A stretch of DNA of 64,000 nt from an uncultured virus (IMG/VR IMGVR_UViG_3300003320_000087) (IMGVR_UViG_3300003320_000087:1-64000); one strand, 5' to 3'. Counted from the first letter of the stretch, positions 46,291 through 56,092 are shown. The notes: generated by a model from the letters alone, not told the origin. Translations and numbers: made by a program.

Positions 46291-46766
46291 GATATTTCTT
46301 CCTGAATGGAGACTTGCACAAGGTCCTGAGTGTTACACGTGCTCAGGACCTTGTCGTTTGTTGGAATTATCCACAGGAGAAGCGGGTTGGATATGTGTGG
46401 TCAGATGTCAAGAAGAGGCATCAAAAAGCGTTTAAAATGCAAGAGGTATCTAAGATGATTGGCCGCCATCGCACAAATATTGAACGCGATATTTTGGCGG
46501 GTAACATTAAGGCACCTCAGCGTTCTTATGTACTTGCAAATAGAAGGCCATTGTATTATTTCTTTAGTGAAGAAAATGTATTTGACCTTCATGACTATCT
46601 TTTGACAGTTCACGTCGGAAGACCTAGAAGTGATGGTAAGATTACCCCAAGAACAACATTGCCATCAAAGGCCGAACTAAGAGCCATGATGAAGCATGAT
46701 GTTGTGACCTATGTAAAAACTGAGCAAGGAGAGTTTGTTCCGGTTTGGAAGGAGCAGGATTGGTAA
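46230..46766 (+). CDS. helix-turn-helix DNA-binding protein
   Basis: FKMQEVSKMIGRHRTNIER MerR/excisionase-like HTH. Confidence 0.7.
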   Translation: MAMENGTKPRQRRNRKSARLRYFFLNGDLHKVLSVTRAQDLVVCWNYPQEKRVGYVWSDVKKRHQKAFKMQEVSKMIGRHRTNIERDILAGNIKAPQRSYVLANRRPLYYFFSEENVFDLHDYLLTVHVGRPRSDGKITPRTTLPSKAELRAMMKHDVVTYVKTEQGEFVPVWKEQDW

Positions 46767-47065
46767 GAGTCAAGCCCGTTACGTATGAGCCCTTTGGTAA
46801 TGAACTAAGTGCTAATGTGGCACTTGTTCAGGCTGCATCTACTCTTGACGCAGCCGCATATCTAGCGGTAGAATCGAAGAATGTAAGTAAGTTGCTGGAC
46901 ATTGCCGCCATGTGGATGGGGTTGGCTGAGCGTCTGACTATTGAGGTTGATGAAGAGGAAGACGATGAAGATGAGCCAACAGATAAGAAGGCGTTTGGAT
47001 TTGGCAATGGACATATTTCACAAGTTGATGAGCCTACAAAGGAGGTAATTGCAGAAGATGCATGA
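46760..47065 (+). CDS. hypothetical protein
   Basis: SD AAGGAG, TTG start. Confidence 0.65.
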   Translation: MVRVKPVTYEPFGNELSANVALVQAASTLDAAAYLAVESKNVSKLLDIAAMWMGLAERLTIEVDEEEDDEDEPTDKKAFGFGNGHISQVDEPTKEVIAEDA

Positions 47066-47288
47066 AATTGAAAAGCCGGGCCACCGAGTAAAGGTGAGCC
47101 TTGGATACACTCGTAATATGCAGAACTATGAGTCTCTTCGTGTAGACATTGGCCTTGAGGCCGATGGTACAGGAAACCCTAACGACACATTTGATAAGGT
47201 CTACAGCTTTGTTGAGCGAAAGTTGCTTGAGAAGGTTGAAGAGGTTGAGGCAGAAATCCGGGGTGTGAAGGGAAAGTACGAGAACTGA
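47058..47288 (+). CDS. conserved phage hypothetical protein
   Basis: LGYTRNMQNYESLRVD motif. Confidence 0.7.
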   Translation: MHEIEKPGHRVKVSLGYTRNMQNYESLRVDIGLEADGTGNPNDTFDKVYSFVERKLLEKVEEVEAEIRGVKGKYEN

Positions 47289-47289
47289 T

Positions 47290-47634
47290 ATGACCACTGA
47301 CGCGGTAATTAACAAGCAGGCTAATGGCCTTTATACACTTTACCAGAAGAATTATACTGAAAAGTATGGGCGTGGTCCGAATGGTAATCGTTACCGCGCC
47401 AAGTGGGGTCTTCGGGATATGCTCGAAGATTATACGTATGACCAGTGCAAGGAAATTGTAGAGTATTACTTTAGAACTGGTAAGCAGGGTCATCCAATTG
47501 ATTTTCTTCTGACGAATTATGACCGTGTGTTTGAATTCATGGTTGAGCGTAAGGAAGATGAACGAAAGCGTGAAGAGCTGCGTAAGCAGACTGAGCAAAA
47601 TGTAAGGAAGTGGGAGTCTAAGAATGACGGCTGA
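47290..47634 (+). CDS. hypothetical protein upstream of helicase
   Basis: 114 aa in operon. Confidence 0.7.
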   Translation: MTTDAVINKQANGLYTLYQKNYTEKYGRGPNGNRYRAKWGLRDMLEDYTYDQCKEIVEYYFRTGKQGHPIDFLLTNYDRVFEFMVERKEDERKREELRKQTEQNVRKWESKNDG

Positions 47635-48841
47635 AGCAAATCTCATTAGCGCAGTCTGTGAGAACAAGGATATTTCTGTTCTTTATTCAGAAAACGTTGA
47701 TGACCTATTCGTGTCTCATGGTGATGTCTGGGATACAATCAAGGAATACTACACCAGATACAAGTCTGTACCAACACTAGAATTTCTTGAAAAGAAGCAT
47801 AGTGAGTTTGAGCCGGAACGTGTTTCTGGTGCTACTGAATACTATCTTGATGAATTGAAGAATGAGTATTTGAAGGCGCGCATTCAAAGCATCTCTTTGC
47901 GTGCTGCCAAGGAACTCAAGGCTGGCACTGCTCCAAGTGAAGTTCTCGACAAGACTAATGGGGCTCTGTCAAAGTTGGGGAAGTTTACGAATAATGTTCG
48001 AGATGTTGATGTGACTGATTTTGCAGCGGCGGAGGAGCATTTTGCGGCGGTTCGTGAACGCAGCAATGCGACTGGTAGCCCTGGCATCCCAACGACCTTC
48101 AAGTCTATTGACTCTGTCTATCCTACTGGAATGGCCCCTGGTCACCTTATTGTGGCTATCGGATGGCCTGGTAAGGGTAAGACATGGTTCACTTCCTACC
48201 TTGCCTGTAAGGCATGGGAGCAGGGTTTTAAGCCCATGATTGTCTCTCTTGAGATGTCTCCTGAGAATATGCGCGACCGTATCTACACAATGATGGGTTC
48301 TGGTCTGTTTAGAGCCTCGGATTTCGCCAAGGGAGACGTCAATATTGATGATTTCCACGCTTGGGGTAAAAGAAGGTTTGATAATCGCGGCGGTTTTGTG
48401 GTAGTATCAAATGAAGGACTATCGGATGTAACTCCGAATACAGTACAGGCTAAGATTGACCAGCATAAGCCAGACCTAGTGATTTGTGACTATCACCAGT
48501 TGTTCCAAAACAATGGTCGGTCTAATAGTCCTACTGAGCGTGGTATGGCGGTTTCTCGTGAATTCAAGATGCTTGCGGTTACCAACAATATTCCGCTGAT
48601 TGATATTACGGCTGCAACTCAGTCTGACCTTTCAGACCGTGACAATCCTCCGATGATGAGTCAGGTTGCTTGGTCAAAGGCAATCGAGTATGATGCTGAC
48701 ATGGCGTTCGCAGTTCATCGCAATGAGGATTCTGGCCTGGTTGAAATTGCCTGCCGAAAGAATCGTCATGGAAGTATGTTTGACTTCTACCTTGACTGGG
48801 ACATTGACCGTGGTATCGTGAATGAGAAGTTCTCACTTTGA
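47624..48841 (+). CDS. dnaB: DnaB-like replicative helicase
   Basis: GWPGKGKT, SLEM, DYHQL, IEYDAD, KNRHG. Confidence 0.92.
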   Translation: MTAEANLISAVCENKDISVLYSENVDDLFVSHGDVWDTIKEYYTRYKSVPTLEFLEKKHSEFEPERVSGATEYYLDELKNEYLKARIQSISLRAAKELKAGTAPSEVLDKTNGALSKLGKFTNNVRDVDVTDFAAAEEHFAAVRERSNATGSPGIPTTFKSIDSVYPTGMAPGHLIVAIGWPGKGKTWFTSYLACKAWEQGFKPMIVSLEMSPENMRDRIYTMMGSGLFRASDFAKGDVNIDDFHAWGKRRFDNRGGFVVVSNEGLSDVTPNTVQAKIDQHKPDLVICDYHQLFQNNGRSNSPTERGMAVSREFKMLAVTNNIPLIDITAATQSDLSDRDNPPMMSQVAWSKAIEYDADMAFAVHRNEDSGLVEIACRKNRHGSMFDFYLDWDIDRGIVNEKFSL

Positions 48842-48844
48842 TAC

Positions 48845-49165
48845 ATGCATAAGACAATTAAGCGTTTTGGAATGTCGGGCAAAATTGGTGACGATGCTGA
48901 TTTTGCCCGGCTTCGCGCACAGTATGAGAATATGATTCTCAACGATATGAGAGACCTTGGCTATGTTCCTGTTTTGGACCTTGGGCCATATTGGTCTACA
49001 GAATACGACAAGCCGGGAAACAATTATGAATTTGTTATCTCGGTTTATGGCGTTTATCTAGGAAGGAGGCGGTCGTGGGAAGTGGAAGGGATTTCAAATG
49101 GGAGGGAAATGTTGAGACCTACACCCCCAACCAAATCGAAGCCACCATCAGAGCCTGCGGGGTAG
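48845..49165 (+). CDS. hypothetical protein
   Basis: MRDLGYVPVLD motif; overlaps primase start by 91 nt. Confidence 0.7.
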   Translation: MHKTIKRFGMSGKIGDDADFARLRAQYENMILNDMRDLGYVPVLDLGPYWSTEYDKPGNNYEFVISVYGVYLGRRRSWEVEGISNGREMLRPTPPTKSKPPSEPAG

Positions 49166-50172
49166 ATGTTGAGGGCGAAACAACGAATGACTTTCTATGC
49201 TTCTGCCCCTTTCACGGAAACAGATTCACTCCATCATTCAGTGTATCTAGAACAAGTGGAAAGTACATCTGCTTCAATCACTCTTGCGGTGTTTCAGGTA
49301 CTCTGGTAGACTTGGTGAAGAAAATCCCAATGAGGGATGGTACTCACAGGAATGAATTCGCTGCTCGTAGACTCATCATTAAGAAGGGTTCAGAAACCGA
49401 ACAGGCGTTTGAAGACCAGCTAGCGAAGGAATTCGAACCAGAAGTAGATTTTATTGAATTTCCTCAAAATGTACTTGACAGAATGTATGATGACTTCTGG
49501 AGGAATCCAGAGGCAGTTCGATACATGGTTGAAGAGCGAGGATTTGAGGAGGAAATTCTAGACTTCTTTAGAATTGGATATTCTTCAAAGAAAGATATCA
49601 TTGCAGTCCCTATGCACAATGGAAAGGGACTGCCTGTAGGTGTTATTGGCAGACCAGCCGATACGGAAAACAAGTTCTTTAAGAATTCCCGTGGGCTGCC
49701 AACGAGTAAGACTCTTTGGAATATGCATCGTGCAAAGAAGCATGGCGATACGGTAATTATTTGTGAAGCATCTTTTGATGCCATGAGGATTCACCAGGCT
49801 GGATATCCCAACGTGGTTGCCTGTCTTGGCGGAAACTTTAGTCCGTATCATTTTGACCAGTTGAGTAAGAACTTCAGCCGGATTATCATCATGACTGACT
49901 TTGACAGAAGAGAGAAGCATATCTACAAGAACTGTCGTAAATGTAAGAAGATTGGCCTAAATTTGTGTAAGGGCCATAATCCAGGGCGTGACCTTGGTGC
50001 AACAATTGCGGCGGGTCTGCATACAAAGGAAATCCTTTGGTCTTCATATGCAGATAAGATGATTTACCCCCATGATGCGAAAGATGCTGGCGATATGACA
50101 GATGATGAAATTCGTCAGTGCCTCAGAAATGCAGTGACTAACTTTGAATATGAAAGTTGGGGATTGTACTGA
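49075..50172 (+). CDS. DNA primase (DnaG-like)
   Basis: CPFH...CFNHSC zinc domain; TOPRIM CEASFDA, DFD, KDAGD; SD GGAGG. Confidence 0.9.
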   Translation: MGSGRDFKWEGNVETYTPNQIEATIRACGVDVEGETTNDFLCFCPFHGNRFTPSFSVSRTSGKYICFNHSCGVSGTLVDLVKKIPMRDGTHRNEFAARRLIIKKGSETEQAFEDQLAKEFEPEVDFIEFPQNVLDRMYDDFWRNPEAVRYMVEERGFEEEILDFFRIGYSSKKDIIAVPMHNGKGLPVGVIGRPADTENKFFKNSRGLPTSKTLWNMHRAKKHGDTVIICEASFDAMRIHQAGYPNVVACLGGNFSPYHFDQLSKNFSRIIIMTDFDRREKHIYKNCRKCKKIGLNLCKGHNPGRDLGATIAAGLHTKEILWSSYADKMIYPHDAKDAGDMTDDEIRQCLRNAVTNFEYESWGLY

Positions 50173-50278
50173 GAATGCCGGGTTCGCCCGGCAAGCTTGT
50201 GCCACATCGTGACAGATGGTACAATAGTAGAAGAAGCCTCATTGAAGGCTCAATTATACTAGGAGATTATTAAACAAA

Positions 50279-50980
50279 ATGGCAAAGATGATTAAGGGCC
50301 TCGCAGGAATTAAGGCTAATCAGCAGGCTCAGCAGGAGCGCGCTGAGGCTGGCAACCGTCCAAAGGCGGAGTGGTTCAAGTTTCCAAAGGGTGTTGCGAA
50401 TGTAACCGTTCGATTCCTTCAGGAGCTTGACCCTCAGATGAACAACTATAAGGAAGAGCGCGGCGTCGGATTCATCGCAACTGAGCACAATGCCCCTGGC
50501 CCTGATGGCTGGAAGCGTCGTGGACTTTGTACCATTGACGATGGCGAGTGCTATGCTTGTGAGCGTCACAAGATGAACTACAAGGAAGGATGGCGACAGA
50601 AGCAGAACCTTTACATCAATGTTCTTGCCAACATTGGTGATGGTGAAAAGGTCTATGTGCTTACTCGTAACGCCAATTCTGCATTTACTCAGGCTCTTAT
50701 TGAAGAGGCTGTTGATGAGGGAAGCATCACGAATGCAAACTACCGAATCACTAAGACTGGTGAGGGAACTACTACTCAGTGGCTTTTGAAGCGTCTTAAG
50801 GATGAGCCTCTTGATGACAGTAATGTTGAGGTATTTGACCTTGACAAGACTGCTGTTCGTGAGGTTGAGTATGAGAAGCAGCACGAATACTATGGTGCGG
50901 TTTACCAGGATGAGTCTACTCCTGTTCAGGTTTCTGACCGTAAGCCTTCCCCTCAGGCTGCCGCTGATGATGAGTGGTGA
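50279..50980 (+). CDS. single-stranded DNA-binding protein (gp32-like)
   Basis: VRFL, H..C..CYAC, RITKTGEGTTTQW, acidic tail ADDEW. Confidence 0.8.
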   Translation: MAKMIKGLAGIKANQQAQQERAEAGNRPKAEWFKFPKGVANVTVRFLQELDPQMNNYKEERGVGFIATEHNAPGPDGWKRRGLCTIDDGECYACERHKMNYKEGWRQKQNLYINVLANIGDGEKVYVLTRNANSAFTQALIEEAVDEGSITNANYRITKTGEGTTTQWLLKRLKDEPLDDSNVEVFDLDKTAVREVEYEKQHEYYGAVYQDESTPVQVSDRKPSPQAAADDEW

Positions 50981-50996
50981 CATGACTTTGTGAAGA

Positions 50997-51026
50997 GACC
51001 CCGCCTTGAAAAGGGCGGGGTTCTTT
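50997..51026 (+). terminator. intrinsic terminator overlapping the HNH promoter
   Basis: GACCCCGCCTT-GAAA-AGGGCGGGGTT-CTTT. Confidence 0.8.
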
Positions 51027-51041
51027 GCTATAGTGAAGCTT

Positions 51042-51341
51042 ATGAGTTTTGAACTGACAGAGGACTATAAGAAATACATTAAGAGTCCCCAATGGAAAGC
51101 AAAGTGTGCTCGGTACTGGGCTCTGTATGGCAGGAAGTGTCAAGCATGCGGCTCCAGAAAAAATCTACACGTCCATCATAATACCTATGATAGATTCAAG
51201 CGTGAGATTATGTCAGACCTCACAGGTGTTTGTCATGACTGTCATAGACGCATTCATCAGCAACACCGCGCAAATCGGCGGGTTAGTCTGAAGCTTGTTA
51301 CATACAACTTTGTAAAAGCAATGCGTAATAAAAGACTATGA
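51042..51341 (+). CDS. HNH endonuclease (leaderless)
   Basis: CQACG...LHVHH...CHDCHRRIH; TATAGT-7-ATG. Confidence 0.85.
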   Translation: MSFELTEDYKKYIKSPQWKAKCARYWALYGRKCQACGSRKNLHVHHNTYDRFKREIMSDLTGVCHDCHRRIHQQHRANRRVSLKLVTYNFVKAMRNKRL

Positions 51342-51371
51342 CCTTACACAGAACTTGACTATCACGATTAA
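51338..51371 (+). pseudogene. frameshifted remnant of the original dnaE 5' end
   Basis: ATG+A+CCT TAC ACA GAA CTT GAC TAT CAC GAT TAA = M-PYTELDYHD* versus DnaE MPYCELHLHDY. Confidence 0.7.
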
Positions 51372-51389
51372 TCGTGATACGATATTTCT

Positions 51390-52022
51390 ATGTATATTAA
51401 CGAAGCATGGCTAGCAGGATTTATAGAGGGCGATGGATGCTTTTCTGTTAATTCTCAACAGGGCGGACGATACGTTTACCCAAAGATTGAGATTCATCAA
51501 AAGAATACAGAGCCGCTGAAGGCAGTAAGAGACCAATTTGGATTTGGATTTTCTCCGGGAGGAAAGATTCCTCGGGTTCAGATTGTCGGAAGACCAGCGC
51601 AGGCGGTTTTTGATAAAATTTCTCCGTATCTTTCGTCAAAAAGAATCGAACAGGCCGAAACAAAAGGTTTTATTTTCAATGGCGTAAGAAAACCACACAA
51701 CCGTTCGTGGTTTGCCGGATATTATGAAGCTGAGGGATGTATTTATACAAAAACAAATGGTCAGACTAAAAGAGACGGTTCTAAAACTTTGTTTGTTGCT
51801 ATGACAATTTCTCAGTATTACTCGGATGAAACAAGTAGGTTCTGCAAAAATGCACTCGGCTTCGGACGGGTGGCAGGACCATATATGGCTAAGGGAGAGA
51901 GAAGAGCTTACTCATTCAATCTCTCTGGTCGACAAGCAATCCAGACCGTTGAGTCTATTCAAAATATGCTCTCCGAAGAGAAGCGTCACCAATTGAAAGA
52001 GGTAAAGAATGCCGTATTGTGA
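51390..52022 (+). mobile_element. free-standing double-motif LAGLIDADG homing endonuclease
   Basis: WLAGFIEGDGCF and WFAGYYEAEGCI; own leaderless promoter; overlaps dnaE start. Confidence 0.85.
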
Positions 52023-55000
52023 ACTCCATTTGCATGACTACTATTCAACTCTTGATGGATTGAATAGTCCAGAAGAATATATGATTCGCGCAAAGGAATT
52101 GGGAATGACCCATCTTGCGCAGACTAATCACGGTACACTTCTTGGCCACCGTGAATTTCAGAAGGCTGCCAAGAGTGCGGGCATTGTCCCTATTCTTGGT
52201 GTTGAGGCTTATATTTCGCCCACCGACCGTTTTGACCGTCGAGCTAAGGCTAAGCGTACTGATGGTACGAATGTCTATAATCACCTTATTATCCTGTCAC
52301 AGGGTGAGACTGGTTTGAAGACTCTTCAGACCCTCAATGAAAAGGCTTGGACAGAAGGATTTTATAACAAGCCACGCATTGATATGGAGCTTCTTGAAGA
52401 GCATAATGAAGGTCTTATCATTTTGTCTGGATGTCTTAATTCGATGCTGTGTAAGGCAATTGAGGCAGGCAATTATGAAGAGGCTGAGCAGATTGCCCTA
52501 GAGTTCAAGCGTATTCTTGGTGACCGATTCTATATTGAGGTTCAGGCTCATAATCCAAAGAAGATGAATGAGGCTCTATTCAAGATTGCTGATAGCAATG
52601 GCATTAAGCCTGTTGTTACTTCTGACTGTCATTATGCTCGAAAGGAAGAGCTTTGGATTGAAGAGGCTATGCTGATTCTTTCAACAAAGCCCGGATTTGG
52701 TAAGGAATTTGACTTCAGCAAGTCTCAGAAGATGGATATGCTTGAGAGGTTTAACTACCTATATCCTGACCGTAAGATGACATTCGAGGAAATTCAGATT
52801 TATATGAAGTCTGCTGAAGAGCAACTTAATGATTTCCAGAAGAATGGATTTGAGCGTGAGGATATTGTAAAGAATACTGAGGAAATTGCTTCTCGAATTG
52901 AGGAGTATCCTTTCCACCAAGGTCTTGACCTTCTGCCTCGCCCAAAGAATGGAAATCCTGATGAGCTTCTGGAAAAGAAGGCTCGGGCGGGTCTTCGTAA
53001 TAAGGGTCTGGATAAGAATCCAGAGTACGTAGAGCGTCTTAATGAAGAGCTTGAGATTATCAAGAACAAGGATTTCTCGACCTACTTTCTGATTCTTGCC
53101 AATACGATTAAGTGGTCTAAGGACCAAGGAATTTTGGTTGGTCCTGGTCGTGGTTCTGGTGCCGGTTCTTTGGTCAACTATGTTCTTGGTATTACGGATG
53201 TAGACCCGATTAAGTGGGGTTTGCTGTTCTTCCGATTTATCAACCCTGAGCGTAATGACTATCCTGACATTGATACAGACTTTGAAGACCGTAGGCGAAA
53301 TGAGGTCAAGGATTACCTAACCCGAAAGTTTACTCATGTCGCATCTATTGCTACTGTGGGTTACTTCAAGGATAAGGGTGTTGTTCGAGATGCTGCGCGG
53401 GTTTTCCGTATTGAGCAGTCAGAGACAGATGAAGCACTAAAGACTATTTCAACATATGAAGAATATCTGACTTCACCTGCTACTGAGGCTTACCGAAAGA
53501 AGTATCCAGAAGTTGAGAAGTTGGCCAATGAACTTCGTGGCCGAATTCGTCAGACTGGAATGCACGCGGCGGGCATCGTTATCTCAAAGGAGCCTATTGC
53601 AAAGTATGCTCCAATCGAGACTGCTGCTGACCCAAAGGATAAGTCTGCGCCTAGGCGTATGCTTGTTGCAATGGACATGAATGAGGCTGCCGACCTCGGT
53701 CTGATTAAGTTGGATGCCCTTGGCCTGAAGACTCTTTCCGTTATGGGTGATGCTTTGAAGATTATCAAGGAGCGGCACAACCGTGACATTACACTCACAG
53801 AAATTCCTCTTGAGGATAAGAAGGTGTATGAGATGCTTTCTGCTGGTCATACAAAGGGAGTTTTCCAGTGTGAGGCTGCGCCATATACCGGCCTGATTGT
53901 CAACATGGGTGGTATTGATAACTTTGCTGAGCTTGCTGCGTCCAACGCACTTGTTCGGCCGGGTGCGATGAACACTATTGGTGCTGAATATATTGCTCGA
54001 AAGAACAATGAGTCTCCAGTGACGTTTCACCACGAAGATATGCGGTGGTTTACTGAAGACACCTATGGTGAGATTCTGTATCAGGAGCAGGTTATGCTTA
54101 CGATGACTGAATTGGCCGGGATGTCTATGGCAACTGCCGATAAGGTTCGTAAGATTATCGGTAAGAAGAAGGATGCTCGTGAATTCGATGCTTATCGTGA
54201 CGAATTCATTGCGGGTGCTTCTAAGAAGGTTTCAAAGGCCGTGGCTGAAAAGCTATGGCATGACTTTGAGGCTCACGCAGGCTATTCTTTCAACAAGTCT
54301 CACGCTGTTGCATATTCCATGATTTCTTACTGGACTGCATGGCTGAAGACTTACTATCCTGTTGAATTCATCTACGCAATGATGAAGAATGAGGAAAAGA
54401 AAGAGAACCTTACCGCCTATCTCCTTGAGGCAAAGCGCATGAAGGTGAAGATTAAGTTGCCTCATGTCAATCACTCTCAACTTGATTTTTCGATTGAGGA
54501 CGACTCTATTCGATTTGGTCTTGCTGACATCAAGTTTATCTCTCACAATCTGGGAGCTAAGTTGATTGAAAAGAGGCCGTACAGAGATTATGCCCATTTG
54601 TACGAGACTGTGAAGGAAAAGGGAAGTGGCTTGAATGTCCGGGTTTTGTCTTCAATGAATGCTATTGGAGCTGCAACCTTTCCGGACAATCCGAAGCGTG
54701 GCGATGAGAGGCACTTCCTGTACGAGTATCTAAATATTCCGGCGTTTGAAATTCCTGACATGCCTGATGGTGTCAGGTCACAATTTACGCCGCTCAGTGC
54801 TTTTCGTGAGGACTCTACGAGTATCATCATGGGAATGGTCAAGAACGTGAAGCGTGGAAAGGGATGGTCTCGGATTGAGGTTGTTGATGAGACTGGTGAG
54901 GCTTCTTTCTTCCACAAGGAAGACACACTCATTGCACCTGGTAATATGTACGCCATGCTGATTGCCAACAAGCGTCTGGCACGCTATGTAGAAATCAGCG

Positions 55001-55299
55001 ATTTTGTACGGGGTTCTAGTAACACATTTGTAAGATTTGTGTACACAAAGAACTTTGCATCACTGACTGATGGATTTTATTACGTTGTTTCCAATCAGAG
55101 TCGAAAGACGAAGGCTGGAAAGAATATGGCTGACATGGTACTTGCGGACCATGATAAAAACCTGTATCCTGTACTAGTGTTTCCGCAAATGTTCCACAAG
55201 GCTTACGGATTCTGTAAGGAGGGTTCAGTAATTGAGGCCACTCTTAAGCAGACTCAAGATGGAGATTCCTTCTTTCTTGATGAAGTAATTCCGCGCTAA
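52009..55299 (+). CDS. dnaE: DNA polymerase III alpha subunit
   Basis: PHP HLHD/TNHG, GPGRGSGAGSLV, PDIDTDF, KLDALGL, YSFNKSHA. Confidence 0.95.
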   Translation: MPYCELHLHDYYSTLDGLNSPEEYMIRAKELGMTHLAQTNHGTLLGHREFQKAAKSAGIVPILGVEAYISPTDRFDRRAKAKRTDGTNVYNHLIILSQGETGLKTLQTLNEKAWTEGFYNKPRIDMELLEEHNEGLIILSGCLNSMLCKAIEAGNYEEAEQIALEFKRILGDRFYIEVQAHNPKKMNEALFKIADSNGIKPVVTSDCHYARKEELWIEEAMLILSTKPGFGKEFDFSKSQKMDMLERFNYLYPDRKMTFEEIQIYMKSAEEQLNDFQKNGFEREDIVKNTEEIASRIEEYPFHQGLDLLPRPKNGNPDELLEKKARAGLRNKGLDKNPEYVERLNEELEIIKNKDFSTYFLILANTIKWSKDQGILVGPGRGSGAGSLVNYVLGITDVDPIKWGLLFFRFINPERNDYPDIDTDFEDRRRNEVKDYLTRKFTHVASIATVGYFKDKGVVRDAARVFRIEQSETDEALKTISTYEEYLTSPATEAYRKKYPEVEKLANELRGRIRQTGMHAAGIVISKEPIAKYAPIETAADPKDKSAPRRMLVAMDMNEAADLGLIKLDALGLKTLSVMGDALKIIKERHNRDITLTEIPLEDKKVYEMLSAGHTKGVFQCEAAPYTGLIVNMGGIDNFAELAASNALVRPGAMNTIGAEYIARKNNESPVTFHHEDMRWFTEDTYGEILYQEQVMLTMTELAGMSMATADKVRKIIGKKKDAREFDAYRDEFIAGASKKVSKAVAEKLWHDFEAHAGYSFNKSHAVAYSMISYWTAWLKTYYPVEFIYAMMKNEEKKENLTAYLLEAKRMKVKIKLPHVNHSQLDFSIEDDSIRFGLADIKFISHNLGAKLIEKRPYRDYAHLYETVKEKGSGLNVRVLSSMNAIGAATFPDNPKRGDERHFLYEYLNIPAFEIPDMPDGVRSQFTPLSAFREDSTSIIMGMVKNVKRGKGWSRIEVVDETGEASFFHKEDTLIAPGNMYAMLIANKRLARYVEISDFVRGSSNTFVRFVYTKNFASLTDGFYYVVSNQSRKTKAGKNMADMVLADHDKNLYPVLVFPQMFHKAYGFCKEGSVIEATLKQTQDGDSFFLDEVIPR

Positions 55300-55341
55300 G
55301 TGGTTGGGCCTTCGGGCCCAAGCTTACCTATAGGAGGAAAA

Positions 55342-55533
55342 TTGGCTAACGAGCCTACGCAGATTGACCTTGCCCCATTTTTGGCGGCGGCTGTGGAAGA
55401 GGCAGGCGGCGAAATCCGTATTCCATATGACACATTCCGAAACCAAGTAGGGCAGAAGGCACTTGCGATTGATATTGAAGATGACGGAGCAACAGTTGTG
55501 CTTCGTGTAGTAGATGGGATTCCAAATGACTGA
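55342..55533 (+). CDS. small hypothetical protein
   Basis: SD AGGAGG, TTG start. Confidence 0.65.
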   Translation: MANEPTQIDLAPFLAAAVEEAGGEIRIPYDTFRNQVGQKALAIDIEDDGATVVLRVVDGIPND

Positions 55534-55876
55534 CCTTGATTTCGATAAGTATCAGCTTGCCACTGCTGATACTGCTATTTATCCCGGAGCGCTTGAGGGA
55601 AATGCTGACGCACTTTCCTACGTTGCTCTCGGTTTGGTTGGCGAGGCTGGTGAGATTGCCAATAAAGTCAAGAAGATTCTTCGTGACAAGGCTGGTCAGG
55701 TAAAGTATGAAGATACTCTGGAGCTTTCCAAGGAACTTGGTGATGTTCTGTGGTATCTTGCCCGATTGGCTGATGAGATTGGTTATCCTCTTGAGGCTAT
55801 TGCGCAGAGCAATTTGAATAAGTTGAATTCTCGCAAGGCGCGAGGTGTTATCAGCGGTAGCGGTGACAACCGTTAG
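55526..55876 (+). CDS. mazG: MazG-like nucleotide pyrophosphohydrolase
   Basis: LGLVGEAGE...KELGDVLWY...GSGDNR. Confidence 0.9.
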   Translation: MTDLDFDKYQLATADTAIYPGALEGNADALSYVALGLVGEAGEIANKVKKILRDKAGQVKYEDTLELSKELGDVLWYLARLADEIGYPLEAIAQSNLNKLNSRKARGVISGSGDNR

Positions 55877-55897
55877 TCAGCCTGGTATAATATCAGT

Positions 55898-56092
55898 ATG
55901 AATGTGAACGGCTACTTCCTCCGGGGAATCAATGAAGACAACATTTTGGTCTTTAGGTCTGAGGACCCGGAGGAATTGCTACGTATTATTCAGCGGCTGT
56001 GCGCCAGTCGCGATAAACAAATTAGGGCGCTAGCACAAAAACTTGAAATTGACTGGAATAGTCGAAATTACAATAAGGACAATAAAAAGTAG
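55898..56092 (+). CDS. hypothetical protein (leaderless)
   Basis: TATAAT-6-ATG. Confidence 0.7.
   Translation: MNVNGYFLRGINEDNILVFRSEDPEELLRIIQRLCASRDKQIRALAQKLEIDWNSRNYNKDNKK

Noticed and set aside
51342..52008. Group I intron or intein carrying the LAGLIDADG ORF
   Set aside because: Only about 50 nt of flanking non-coding sequence, no room for an intron core, no intein termini; dnaE is complete from 52009
20434..54971. Long antisense ORFs (e.g. 20434-21021, 21308-21802, 50270-50983)
   Set aside because: Shadows of strongly codon-biased sense genes; no SD or recognisable motifs
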